NCBI GenBank assembly: GCA_964359155.1
Contig: CAYHRN010000001.1
Location: 1 to 36,650 of the forward strand
Length of the DNA: 36,650 nucleotides
Reading direction: 5' to 3'
Origin: an uncultured Gammaproteobacteria bacterium
GTDB lineage: Bacteria; Patescibacteriota; Patescibacteriia; CAYHRN01
In this document: one piece after another, positions 10,108 to 17,751 of the stretch
Layout: each line of letters begins with the position of its first letter
Numbering within the stretch: the stretch's first letter is position 1
Translations under genes and position numbers: made by a program
Notes under the pieces: model-generated
What the model was told of the DNA's origin: nothing
Seen by the model: the letters and a program-made list of their open reading frames with translations, nothing else
The model's database searches: none

Positions 10108-10794
10108 ATGCCTTACGCTATGGGAAAGAAAATTCTTTGGATGCTATTGGGAGTTCTAGGAATATTTGTTATTTTTTTTGGCGTTCGTGTATATTGGTTT
10201 GTGCAAGAGTTACGAAACACTCATACGCCTTCTGGCTTTACAGCGTCCCGGGTAGATTTTCGTGAAGTTATTCTAGAATCACAGAATATACTAGTTCCTC
10301 AGGATGCCCCTTCAATAGGTGCTTCACAGGCTGCTTTGCGCGTACAAGTATTTTGTGATTTTCAGTGCCCGTATTGCGGTGCTGCCTACCCTATTATTCG
10401 TGAATTTGTGACGCGCCATCAAGACCAGGTACAGCTTGTGTTTCGGCATTTCCCGAATGAAGAGTCACATCCGTATGCGGGCGTTGCGGCAGTCGCCGCA
10501 GAGTGCGCCAAGGCACAGGGCATGTTTTGGCCCTATCATGATACCTTATTTCAACACCAAGACCAACTTGATCCTACAAGTCTTCGGCAGTTTGCTGTAC
10601 GCGTGGGCCTTAAGGAAAAGAGCTTCATGCAGTGCGTACAAGATAATGGGCGTAAGGCGCGTGTGGACCAAGATTTAGCAGAGGCATTGAAGCTGGGAGT
10701 GCGTGGTACTCCTACCTGGTTTATCAATGGGAAAAAAGTAGAAGGCGTATTGCCGTTACATGTGTGGGAAGAGGTCTTGAGTAAAGTAAAATGA
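10108..10794 (+). CDS. DsbA-family thiol:disulfide oxidoreductase (thioredoxin fold), membrane anchored
   Basis: 228 aa. N-terminal TM helix, CPYC active site (FCDFQCPYCGAA) and C-terminal GVRGTPTWFINGKKV. Confidence 0.8.
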   Translation: MPYAMGKKILWMLLGVLGIFVIFFGVRVYWFVQELRNTHTPSGFTASRVDFREVILESQNILVPQDAPSIGASQAALRVQVFCDFQCPYCGAAYPIIREFVTRHQDQVQLVFRHFPNEESHPYAGVAAVAAECAKAQGMFWPYHDTLFQHQDQLDPTSLRQFAVRVGLKEKSFMQCVQDNGRKARVDQDLAEALKLGVRGTPTWFINGKKVEGVLPLHVWEEVLSKVK

Positions 10795-10796
10795 GT

Positions 10797-12068
10797 TTAA
10801 GACACCAGCAATTCTTGTGCTCGTAATGGTTCTGCCATAAGTTCTTGCGTGATTTTCTCAAAATGCATGGCGCGTGAGGCCTTTATCAGCACCACATCAT
10901 GTGGTTGTAGTTTTTTTTGCACAAATTTTCCTGCTTCTTGTGGCGTGTTGAAATGAAATACTCTATCTTCTTCCATGCCATTTTCTTGCGCTGCACTGCT
11001 GATCATTGCGCCGCATTCCCCCACCGTGATCAGCCAATCCAAGTTGCTGCCCGCAGCACTTTTTCCTATTTCGTAGTGGAGTTCACGGGTGAGCGCACCC
11101 AGTTCTTTCATATCGCCCAGTATTGCCCATTTTTCTGCGCCGCCCGGCATGCGAAGTTTTTGTAAGACTTCAAGGGCCATACGGCATGCTTTGGGAGAAG
11201 CATTGTAAGAGTCGTCCAGTAATAAGGTTTGTTTAATGCCAGGGACTAGCCTCATGCGACCAGGGGGTGGTATATAGGTTTTTAGTCGCGTGGTTACCTC
11301 TCGCAGCATGAGCCCCATGTATTCACCCACGGCAAGCGCAAACAGTGCGCTCATCATATGCCCTTCCCCCAGCACGCCCTTCTGGGAGATCGGCACAAGG
11401 CTACCTTTGCGTTGCATCTTCATGCGCATGCCCAATGGCACAGGATTTCCCTCCACTTCTTCGTACACTACTTCTAATTCCCGTGCACTAAAATCCGCCT
11501 TGAGGTGTTGCCCTACGCTTACTAAATTTGCGCGCGTGCCGGCTCGTAGCGCCCATATGCGTTCATCGTCACGATTCACCAGCGCAAGGCCCTGAGGAGG
11601 AAGGCATGCAATAATATGTTTTTTTTCTTCCAGTAGGGCGCTTGGAGTTTTAAAAAATTCCATATGTGCTTCCCAAATGCCCGTAAGAATACCAATCGTG
11701 GGAGGTGCCATAGAAGTAAGGTACGCAAGATCCCCTGGTTTACTGGCACCCATTTCAAGTATAAGAATTTGTGGATAATGCGGAGCGTTCCCCAGGAGAA
11801 GGCGGAAGCTTCGTGCAAACAGCAACAGCCACTCTGGTATATTTTTCCCATGCGTGTGTTCTCCTAATATGGTGAGGGGCACTCCGAGTTCATTATTATA
11901 GCTTTTAATGCTTGCGCGTACACGAAATGAAGGCCGTAGCACTGCCTCGATGGCATTGCGTGTGGAGGTTTTGCCTACGCTGCCAGTGATACCAATGATA
12001 AGAGGATGATACTTACGTACCACTGCAGAGGCAATGAATTTTAATAGGTAGTGGAGAATGCGCCGCAT
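10797..12068 (-). CDS. murF: UDP-N-acetylmuramoyl-tripeptide--D-alanyl-D-alanine ligase
   Basis: 423 aa. ITGSVGKTSTRN P-loop, LLLDDSYNASP and Mur ligase C-terminal domain features. Last gene of the dcw block. Confidence 0.85.
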   Translation of the reverse strand: MRRILHYLLKFIASAVVRKYHPLIIGITGSVGKTSTRNAIEAVLRPSFRVRASIKSYNNELGVPLTILGEHTHGKNIPEWLLLFARSFRLLLGNAPHYPQILILEMGASKPGDLAYLTSMAPPTIGILTGIWEAHMEFFKTPSALLEEKKHIIACLPPQGLALVNRDDERIWALRAGTRANLVSVGQHLKADFSARELEVVYEEVEGNPVPLGMRMKMQRKGSLVPISQKGVLGEGHMMSALFALAVGEYMGLMLREVTTRLKTYIPPPGRMRLVPGIKQTLLLDDSYNASPKACRMALEVLQKLRMPGGAEKWAILGDMKELGALTRELHYEIGKSAAGSNLDWLITVGECGAMISSAAQENGMEEDRVFHFNTPQEAGKFVQKKLQPHDVVLIKASRAMHFEKITQELMAEPLRAQELLVS

Positions 12069-12073
12069 AATTG

Positions 12074-13825
12074 TTACTTGTCTTTTGGTACTTCAAGGTA
12101 CTGTAGCAAGAACTTGGCAATTTCACCAAATAAGGGTGCTGCCGTGCTTTCGGCATAGATTACATCTTGTGGATTATCAATACGTACTGCCATCACAAAG
12201 CGTGGGTTTTCTACGGGTGCAAACCCCACAAAAGACCCAATATATTTACCTTCTTCGTATCCCTTGGCATGCTGCTTTGCTACTTGTGAGGTGCCTGTTT
12301 TACCTCCTACGCTGTAGCCTGCAACGCTCGCACGTTTACCATGGCCACGCTCTACAACTGCTTGTAACATGCTGCGCATCATGCGCGCGGTGCCTTCCGA
12401 GATCACGCGGCGAATCATTCTGGGATTTGAGCTTATTTTTTCTCCTCCGGGTATGCTAATCTCTTCCACCACATACGGCTTCATGAGGCTACCGCCATTG
12501 GCAATTACCCCGTAGGCAAGGGCCATTTGTAAGGGGGTTGCAGTAATGCCTTGTCCAAAAGAAGCTGTGGCAGCAAAAATGGCGCCTTTTTTTGCAAGCG
12601 AGCTCGTAGTGCCCTCTACTTCACCCGGAAGCTCGATACCAGTTTTCTGGCCCATGCCAAAATTTTCTACATATGTTTTAAACGCTTCATTACCCAATTG
12701 TTCTTGGGCAAACACTGCCCCTGTATTAATAGAATTTTCTAATACTTGCGTCATGGTTTGCATGCCATACACTTTGTGGTCGGCATTGCGTATGGTAAAT
12801 TCATGCATTTTAATACTGCCTTCATCGTTATAGCGGGTAAGCGGCGTAATTTTCCCTGCATCCAGCGCGGAGGCTATGGTTAAGGTTTTAAAAATAGAGC
12901 CAGGTTCCCAGGCACCGAAAATAACTTGATTGTTAAATACGGCAATGTCCTTCACGTCGCGGTATTGGTTGGGGTCAAAGGTAGGATGAGAACAGAGGCC
13001 TATGATTTTACCAGTTGCGGGCTCTAAAATGAGCACACTACCCCCAGTAGCGCTGTGCCGTTTCACTGCCTCGTTCAGCGCATTGCAGGCAAAAAATTCA
13101 ATACTCCTGTCCAGCGTGGTAGTAAGAGTGGCACCGCCTTCTGCAGGGTAGAGTTGCCGATCGCCCAACATAAGAGGTCTTCCTTTATTATCTTGTTCTT
13201 GGCGCAAAAGCCCTTGCCTGCCGCGCAAGAGTTCTTCAAAATATTCTTCCAGGCCATAATTGCCCCGTAGCCCCTGCTCAGTTTCACCTACAAACCCAAG
13301 CACATGCGCGCCTATTGATTTTTCTGGGTATGTTCTGCCAGGTACGGTCTGTGTACCAATACCTTTCCATTGCTGCTCAGTGAGTGTTGCCACAATATCG
13401 GCTGATACTTCTTTTTTGAGCACTACGTAGCGTTTTTCTTTGTCGGTAATTTTTTCTTGCACTTCCTGCAGGGGTAGGGTTAAAATTGATGCCAGTGCCT
13501 GCATTTCTTCTTCCTTTAATGCAATTTCTGATGGGTCGGCAAATACCAAGTGGGTAGTGGTAGTGGTGGCCAGGGGTGAAGCGCGGCGTTCGCGGTCAAG
13601 GCTTAGTATTTCCCCTCGTTCTGGAAATAATTTTTGCAATACTTCGTGCTGTTCAGAGGCTAGGGCCCTGTAGCGTGCGCCATTCATGATTTGTAACATC
13701 ATAAGGCGCGCAACAATACCAAGGGCAAAGAGCACGATCATGGTTCCTGCTATAAGAATACGCCCATGTGTGGGGGGAATTGTTGCCACACTTTTTTTGG
13801 ATGTTGCACGACGCGGCGTTCTCAT
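12074..13825 (-). CDS. ftsI: Penicillin-binding protein 2 / FtsI-type transpeptidase
   Basis: 583 aa. N-terminal TM helix, SxxK (PGSIFK), SxN (ENSINTG) and KTG (GGKTGTSQ). Confidence 0.9.
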   Translation of the reverse strand: MRTPRRATSKKSVATIPPTHGRILIAGTMIVLFALGIVARLMMLQIMNGARYRALASEQHEVLQKLFPERGEILSLDRERRASPLATTTTTHLVFADPSEIALKEEEMQALASILTLPLQEVQEKITDKEKRYVVLKKEVSADIVATLTEQQWKGIGTQTVPGRTYPEKSIGAHVLGFVGETEQGLRGNYGLEEYFEELLRGRQGLLRQEQDNKGRPLMLGDRQLYPAEGGATLTTTLDRSIEFFACNALNEAVKRHSATGGSVLILEPATGKIIGLCSHPTFDPNQYRDVKDIAVFNNQVIFGAWEPGSIFKTLTIASALDAGKITPLTRYNDEGSIKMHEFTIRNADHKVYGMQTMTQVLENSINTGAVFAQEQLGNEAFKTYVENFGMGQKTGIELPGEVEGTTSSLAKKGAIFAATASFGQGITATPLQMALAYGVIANGGSLMKPYVVEEISIPGGEKISSNPRMIRRVISEGTARMMRSMLQAVVERGHGKRASVAGYSVGGKTGTSQVAKQHAKGYEEGKYIGSFVGFAPVENPRFVMAVRIDNPQDVIYAESTAAPLFGEIAKFLLQYLEVPKDK

Positions 13826-13843
13826 AAGTGTGAGGCCGCGTGG

Positions 13844-14209
13844 TTACTGAAGATAGGCAACAGTAGGCTTCTCTGATGCCACATAGTGCACCGCAGCACT
13901 TTTAGTGAATGCAAGCGCGTTGACGCGTGCGGCAACTGCATCCATGGCTTGCATATTTGCAAGTTCTGCCTGCAAGGTGGCGTTTACTTCTGCTAATGTT
14001 GCTTGCTGTTCTTGAAGCAATTTTATTTTGTACCCCGCGCTCGTGCTGGTATTCATGCTCAAGAGCGACATGCCAACTAGCGCAAGAGTAAGCACCGCAA
14101 GGCTTATATTAATAACTACGGTGTAGCGAAAAAGGCTGCGAAGCGTTTTTTCAAGACCACACAGATTTATATGGGGTAGCGCATGAGCACTCATAAAATA
14201 CTTAGGCAT
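13844..14209 (-). CDS. ftsL: FtsL-like cell division protein (TM helix plus coiled coil)
   Basis: 121 aa. Single TM helix followed by the heptad-like LLQEQQATLAEVNATLQAELANMQ. Sits in the canonical position between rsmH and ftsI. Confidence 0.5.
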   Translation of the reverse strand: MPKYFMSAHALPHINLCGLEKTLRSLFRYTVVINISLAVLTLALVGMSLLSMNTSTSAGYKIKLLQEQQATLAEVNATLQAELANMQAMDAVAARVNALAFTKSAAVHYVASEKPTVAYLQ

Positions 14210-14213
14210 ATGA

Positions 14214-15086
14214 TTATTTTTTTTCTGCTACTCTTAATTTAGCGCTACGACTACGGGGATTAGTTTGTAATTCTTCTTTACTGGGCACGATTGGTTTTTT
14301 TGTAAGAATTATGAGCGAGTCGGTATGAGTTTTCAAAAATGTTTTCACAATACGATCTTCGAGTGAGTGGTAGCTTATTACGGCGAGGCGCCCATGAGGG
14401 GCTAAAATGTCGATGCTGTCGCGTAGGGTATGTTCGAGAATCTCTAATTCTCGGTTTACGGCAATGCGGAGGGCTTGAAACGTGCGGGTAGCGGGGTGGA
14501 TTTTGCCGCGGCGGGGTGCAACTGCTTCAATTGCTTTCACTAAGTCGAAGGTGGTGATAATGGGTTTTTGTTGCCGGTGGTGAATGATGGACTTTACAAT
14601 GCTGCGTGCGTGGGGTTCTTCGCCATATTCAGTAAGGATGCGTTCTAGGGTTTCGGGGTCTGCTTGGTTTACCAGCTCTACTGCCGGCACGCCTTCCTCG
14701 CCATAACGCATGTCTAAAGGCTCGTCGCGTTGAAAGCTGAATCCCCTGCCGCTTTGTTCTAATATTCTTGAGGAAAGGCCAAGATCGAGTAGGATGCCAT
14801 GAATGGTAATGAATTCATTGGTGCGCGTAATTTCTTTTATATTGCTAAAATTACCTTGGACAAGAATCAGTCGGTCAGTTATCAGTTTGTCAGTTGTGAG
14901 TTTTTCTTGAGCGATTTTTAGGGTGCCAGTATTTAAATCTATGCCAAGGAGTTTTCCGTGTGGCGTCGTTCGTTCCAGTATTGCGGCGCTGTGCCCTCCT
15001 TCGCCCAGGGTGCCATCAACAAAGTTTTGATTCGGTTGTGGGTTCAGTAGGTCAATCGTTTCTTTTAGTAGTACCGGGATGTGCAT
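14214..15086 (-). CDS. rsmH: 16S rRNA (cytosine1402-N4)-methyltransferase
   Basis: 290 aa. MHIPVLLKETIDLL...DGTLGEGGHS...DLGLSS...ISYHSLEDRIVK, all classic RsmH/MraW motifs. Confidence 0.95.
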   Translation of the reverse strand: MHIPVLLKETIDLLNPQPNQNFVDGTLGEGGHSAAILERTTPHGKLLGIDLNTGTLKIAQEKLTTDKLITDRLILVQGNFSNIKEITRTNEFITIHGILLDLGLSSRILEQSGRGFSFQRDEPLDMRYGEEGVPAVELVNQADPETLERILTEYGEEPHARSIVKSIIHHRQQKPIITTFDLVKAIEAVAPRRGKIHPATRTFQALRIAVNRELEILEHTLRDSIDILAPHGRLAVISYHSLEDRIVKTFLKTHTDSLIILTKKPIVPSKEELQTNPRSRSAKLRVAEKK

Positions 15087-15087
15087 A

Positions 15088-15522
15088 TTAGTACATGCCG
15101 AGTTCGCCTAATTTTTCTGCCATACCCAGCATGTCTTTTTCAGCGCCTACCCGGAATGCATGCCATTTTTCTTTGTCCCATACTTCCAAGCGATTCAGTA
15201 CGCCCACCATGACGACTTCTTTTTTTAAATCTGCATACCCTTTCAAAGGGTCGGGAATGAGCACGCGCCCCAGAGCATCGGGCATAACTTCTTCTGCGCT
15301 ACTAAACATCAGCCGTACAAAGTTGCGAGTTGTTTCTTGGCCAATGGGGAGTTGTGAAAGTTTTTTGGCGATTTCTTCCCACACAGGGTAGGGGTACACA
15401 AACAAACATTGGTCGGGGCCACGGGTGATTACCACGCGTTCGCCCATTTGCCCACGCAGCTTTGCCGGAATAGCAAGGCGTTTTTTTACATCAATACTGT
15501 ACTGATATTCGCCTGTGAGCAT
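15088..15522 (-). CDS. mraZ: Transcriptional regulator MraZ
   Basis: 144 aa with duplicated SpoVT/AbrB-like halves (DVKKRLAIPAKLR and DALGRVLIPDPLK). First gene of the dcw cluster. Confidence 0.95.
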   Translation of the reverse strand: MLTGEYQYSIDVKKRLAIPAKLRGQMGERVVITRGPDQCLFVYPYPVWEEIAKKLSQLPIGQETTRNFVRLMFSSAEEVMPDALGRVLIPDPLKGYADLKKEVVMVGVLNRLEVWDKEKWHAFRVGAEKDMLGMAEKLGELGMY

Positions 15523-15560
15523 AGATTGAGAATGAGTTATCCCCTTTTAAGCCTGCTTAT

Positions 15561-15642
15561 CCACCACTCTATCCACTTTTCGCCACTTTTGATTCATTCT
15601 ACGCCACTTTTGAATACTCGTCAATAGTTTTCTCCCACTTTT
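15561..15642 (-). promoter_or_regulatory. mraZ promoter (TTGACG-17-TAGAAT) with an overlapping array of AAAAGTGG MraZ-box repeats
   Basis: On the minus strand the -35 box TTGACG is 15619-15624 and the -10 box TAGAAT is 15596-15601, with a 17-nt spacer. CCACTTTT (minus strand AAAAGTGG) starts at 15573, 15583, 15604 and 15635. A GTGGTGG lies at 15561-15568. Box spacings are 10, 21 and 31 nt, i.e. helical phasing. Confidence 0.6.
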
Positions 15643-15745
15643 CTGCCTTCGCCTCTCCCTTTACGGGACCCAGTAGGTCAATGTACTCATTGAGAGGCCC
15701 CGCCAGTAGGCGGGGGTGAGGGTGAATTCGCTCGGGATTCCTGCA

Positions 15746-15786
15746 CGAAAAAACGCGGTCAAATGTCCCTGCGAGACATTTGCCGC
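15746..15786 (-). terminator. Putative intrinsic terminator (minus strand)
   Basis: Minus strand reads GCGG-c-AAATGTC-tcgcagg-GACATTT-ga-CCGC followed by GTTTTTTCG. Confidence 0.5.
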
Positions 15787-15984
15787 TCGTATCTCGGCCG
15801 TTCGCTCGGCAGATACGCCCTGACGACACGCATAATTTTGTGCTCAAAATTTGCTCCGACTCGTGCCGGTCGCACTCCGTAGGGTCGGCCAAGAGGAATA
15901 CCTCACGTCATTTTGGAATTCTCCAGGTTATTGTTTTTCCTCCCCTTAGGATAAGGGGAGGTTAGGAGGGGTTACGAACCTTTC

Positions 15985-16090
15985 AAAAATGAAGAGCCCC
16001 GCTAAGTCGTGTCGACCGCGCGGGGCTGGGGGTTTCGCAATTGAGCGATATGACGTCGGGGGTGGTTGCCGCGGTTGTGCTGCCCGCAGC
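15985..16090 (-). ncRNA. Candidate small RNA of about 100 nt (predicted promoter to hairpin terminator)
   Basis: Minus-strand promoter TTGGAA (16117-16122), 17-nt spacer, TATTAT (16094-16099). GC-rich body with no ATG. Hairpin AGCCCCGC/GCGGGGCT (15995-16002 / 16020-16027) followed by CTTCATTTTT. No family recognised. Confidence 0.3.
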
Positions 16091-16207
16091 GCAATAATAA
16101 TTAAGCCGTTTTTCTATTCCAATGCACAAATCAATAGCCACGCCCGATTGTTTTCTTGCTTACTTTTTACTTTTCTATCGCAATTATTTAAAGGACGACG
16201 AGTTACT

Positions 16208-16636
16208 TTACGATAGGCCGTTCAGGAACGCATCCAGCGCATCGTCGCGTTGTTTGCTCTTCTTCTGCTCGGCCTCGAAGTCCTGGATTTCGAGTAGCGT
16301 ACATGAGAGTGCCGGAAAGGAAATGTGCCGCCACTGCCGTTTTTGTTCTATTGCGAGGACACCCTCTCTTTTGAACGCCACCGAGATGCATTCTTTACAG
16401 ATCCAATTGATCTGCCAACTGCCGTCGGCGTTCCGCACCAGTTTCCCTGCGCGATTATTCACCTGTGTATTTTCTGCCCTACCGCGCTGGCAGAATACGC
16501 ACACTCTGTTCTCCCAACCGGGCGGGATCTCTATGCGCCAGGCGTGTTTTCTTTTGCACGCATGACAGATCCCGCAGGTAGCACACACGGTGCCGTCGAA
16601 GGTGGTGCCTCCACAGATGCACCGCTTGTCGGCCAT
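16208..16636 (-). CDS. Cysteine-rich (multi-CxxC, zinc-ribbon-like) protein, unknown function
   Basis: I take the internal ATG at 16636, preceded by AGGAG; the 5' part of the track ORF overlaps the upstream gene. 142 aa: MADKRCICGG...CATCGICHAC...CVFC...CKEC, with an acidic helical tail. Codon third positions are G/C-rich, unlike neighbouring genes. Confidence 0.6.
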   Translation of the reverse strand: MADKRCICGGTTFDGTVCATCGICHACKRKHAWRIEIPPGWENRVCVFCQRGRAENTQVNNRAGKLVRNADGSWQINWICKECISVAFKREGVLAIEQKRQWRHISFPALSCTLLEIQDFEAEQKKSKQRDDALDAFLNGLS

Positions 16637-16655
16637 GATACGAGCTCCTAAGTTG

Positions 16656-17027
16656 TCAAGTTTTGAAAAAATTGAATTCGTCGCGGCGGTCAATAAGATC
16701 AAAGGCAAGGGGCATGTGAAGGGGCGGGTAAAGGTAAATGATTTTAAATGTGCCACTGGTGGTTTTGGTTATGTAATCGTGCTTAACCTCTAAAATATGC
16801 ACCAGGCCCCAGTACAGCCAGCGGCCATTAATATTTTGTACTAAAAAATTACGCACAGGTGCAGCCTGGTACATGCGTATGTCGGGTTTTTTAAATTCAA
16901 AAACTTTGCCTTCAAACTGTTGGGCAGTGAAAGGTTTATTGTTATGCATCTCATACACCAGCTCGGCAGGAAACCCCTGCTCAAGGGTAAGTTGTAAAGT
17001 GTCGTTGAGTGTCACCGTGCTGCCCAT
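16656..17027 (-). CDS. Hypothetical protein (123 aa), beta-rich, unknown function
   Basis: Complete ORF with an ATG start. Lies 19 nt downstream of vapC and 19 nt upstream of the Cys-rich gene. AT-rich host-like codon usage. No motif I can name. Confidence 0.6.
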   Translation of the reverse strand: MGSTVTLNDTLQLTLEQGFPAELVYEMHNNKPFTAQQFEGKVFEFKKPDIRMYQAAPVRNFLVQNINGRWLYWGLVHILEVKHDYITKTTSGTFKIIYLYPPLHMPLAFDLIDRRDEFNFFKT

Positions 17028-17046
17028 AGCGTTTATATATTTCTCA

Positions 17047-17430
17047 TTAAGGCCATTCAGTAAGGATATTCAAGTTTTTAATCTTCTTAAAATCACGTAC
17101 GTTATGGGTAACAAGAGGTATATTATAGAGCAATGCGGTGGAAGCAATAAACAAATCATTGGGGGTGCCACGGTACTGACGTGAAAGTAATGCTGCCGTG
17201 GTTGCCACACGATGATCCACTGGCTGGATGTTCATTTCTTTAAGTAAAAGTCCAATGCTAGCCTCCTCGTGTGCGGTAAGCTTTGGATAGGCTAATAATT
17301 CAAATTCAGTTATGACTGAAATATCAATTTTAATAGTTCCCTCACCGAATGCGTCAAAAAGAGGAACAACACCGCCTTCCCCATGTAGATACTCAAGAAT
17401 AATATTGGTATCAAGTAGTAGACGTGGCAT
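17047..17430 (-). CDS. vapC: PIN-domain ribonuclease toxin VapC
   Basis: Start taken at the ATG giving MPRLLLDTNIILEYL (PIN N-terminal acidic D). Further conserved acidic positions (ITEFEL, ...ASTALLYNIPLVTHNVRDF). 127 aa. Confidence 0.85.
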   Translation of the reverse strand: MPRLLLDTNIILEYLHGEGGVVPLFDAFGEGTIKIDISVITEFELLAYPKLTAHEEASIGLLLKEMNIQPVDHRVATTAALLSRQYRGTPNDLFIASTALLYNIPLVTHNVRDFKKIKNLNILTEWP

Positions 17431-17614
17431 AGCGCATGCGTTTTTTATCTCGAGCACGAAGTTTTCGTTGCCAGGTAACAGGGTCTGCTCGACGCGATAG
17501 TGTGCCACGTGCTTTTGCAAGAATCATTTTGCGTACCGCAAGTTCAGTGGGGAGAGTATCCCAAAGAGAAAGTGTTAATGGTGCTGATGTAGTAAGTATT
17601 TTCTCTTGTTTCAT
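17411..17614 (-). CDS. Putative VapB-type antitoxin
   Basis: 67 aa ORF directly upstream of the PIN gene and overlapping it by 20 nt. Basic C-terminus (WQRKLRARDKKRM). Assignment rests on position and size only. Confidence 0.55.
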   Translation of the reverse strand: MKQEKILTTSAPLTLSLWDTLPTELAVRKMILAKARGTLSRRADPVTWQRKLRARDKKRMRYATSTT

Positions 17615-17633
17615 AGAGAGTTATGATAGTTTC

Positions 17634-17663
17634 ACTATACACCCTGTGATTATGTTGGGTCAA
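17634..17663 (-). promoter_or_regulatory. Candidate sigma70-type promoter of the vapB cassette (TTGACC-18-TATAGT)
   Basis: Minus strand -35 TTGACC is 17658-17663 and -10 TATAGT is 17634-17639. It sits about 20 nt upstream of the vapB ATG and immediately downstream of a terminator. Confidence 0.4.
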
Positions 17664-17685
17664 CCGCATGATTGCGCGTTATCTT

Positions 17686-17725
17686 TTAAAAAATGAGGCC
17701 GCAACCGGGGTGCCGGCGGCGGCCT
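17686..17725 (-). terminator. Intrinsic terminator after the 112-aa GC-rich gene
   Basis: Minus strand reads AGGCCGC-cg-CCGG-cacc-CCGG-tt-GCGGCCT followed by CATTTTTT. Outer stems are at 17696-17702 and 17719-17725. Confidence 0.6.
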
Positions 17726-17751
17726 GGGGAACGCGGAGGTGGTGGGCATCG

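Noticed and set aside
15556-15580. TTATCCACC and CTATCCACT resemble DnaA boxes (TTATCCACA), raising the possibility of an origin.
   Set aside because: Only two imperfect boxes are present, both coinciding with the GTGG-containing MraZ repeats directly upstream of mraZ. There is no AT-rich unwinding element and no dnaA/dnaN nearby.
15599-15892. 97-aa minus-strand ORF (TTG start) with five Cys and a protein-like C-terminus, crossing the GC-rich block.
   Set aside because: It reads straight through a strong hairpin plus T-run terminator and ends inside the mraZ -10 box and MraZ boxes. It has a non-ATG start. It could be a decayed foreign gene, but I cannot support it as a functional CDS.
15643-16122. 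Tested the GC-rich block against hallmarks of RNase P RNA (GAGGAAAGUCC / ACAGAA..GGCUUA), tmRNA (tRNA-like 3' end), SRP RNA and group II intron domain V.
   Set aside because: Only partial look-alikes were found (GGAGGAAAAAC and ATAGAAAAACGGCTTA). They are in the wrong order and cannot pair as P4. There is no T-arm-like TTCGA stem, no GGAA/AGCA SRP motif and no domain V consensus.
15983-16141. 52-aa GTG-started ORF (MAIDLCIGIEKRLNYYCAAGSTTAATTPDVISLNCETPSPARSTRLSGALHF), rich in Ser/Thr/Cys; considered as a RiPP or lanthipeptide precursor given the S8 protease and MFS transporter 2-5 kb away.
   Set aside because: No RiPP maturase (LanB/C/M, YcaO or radical SAM) is in the window. The start lies upstream of the predicted promoter. 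The ORF runs through the terminator stem. The protease has an ordinary secreted-subtilisin layout.
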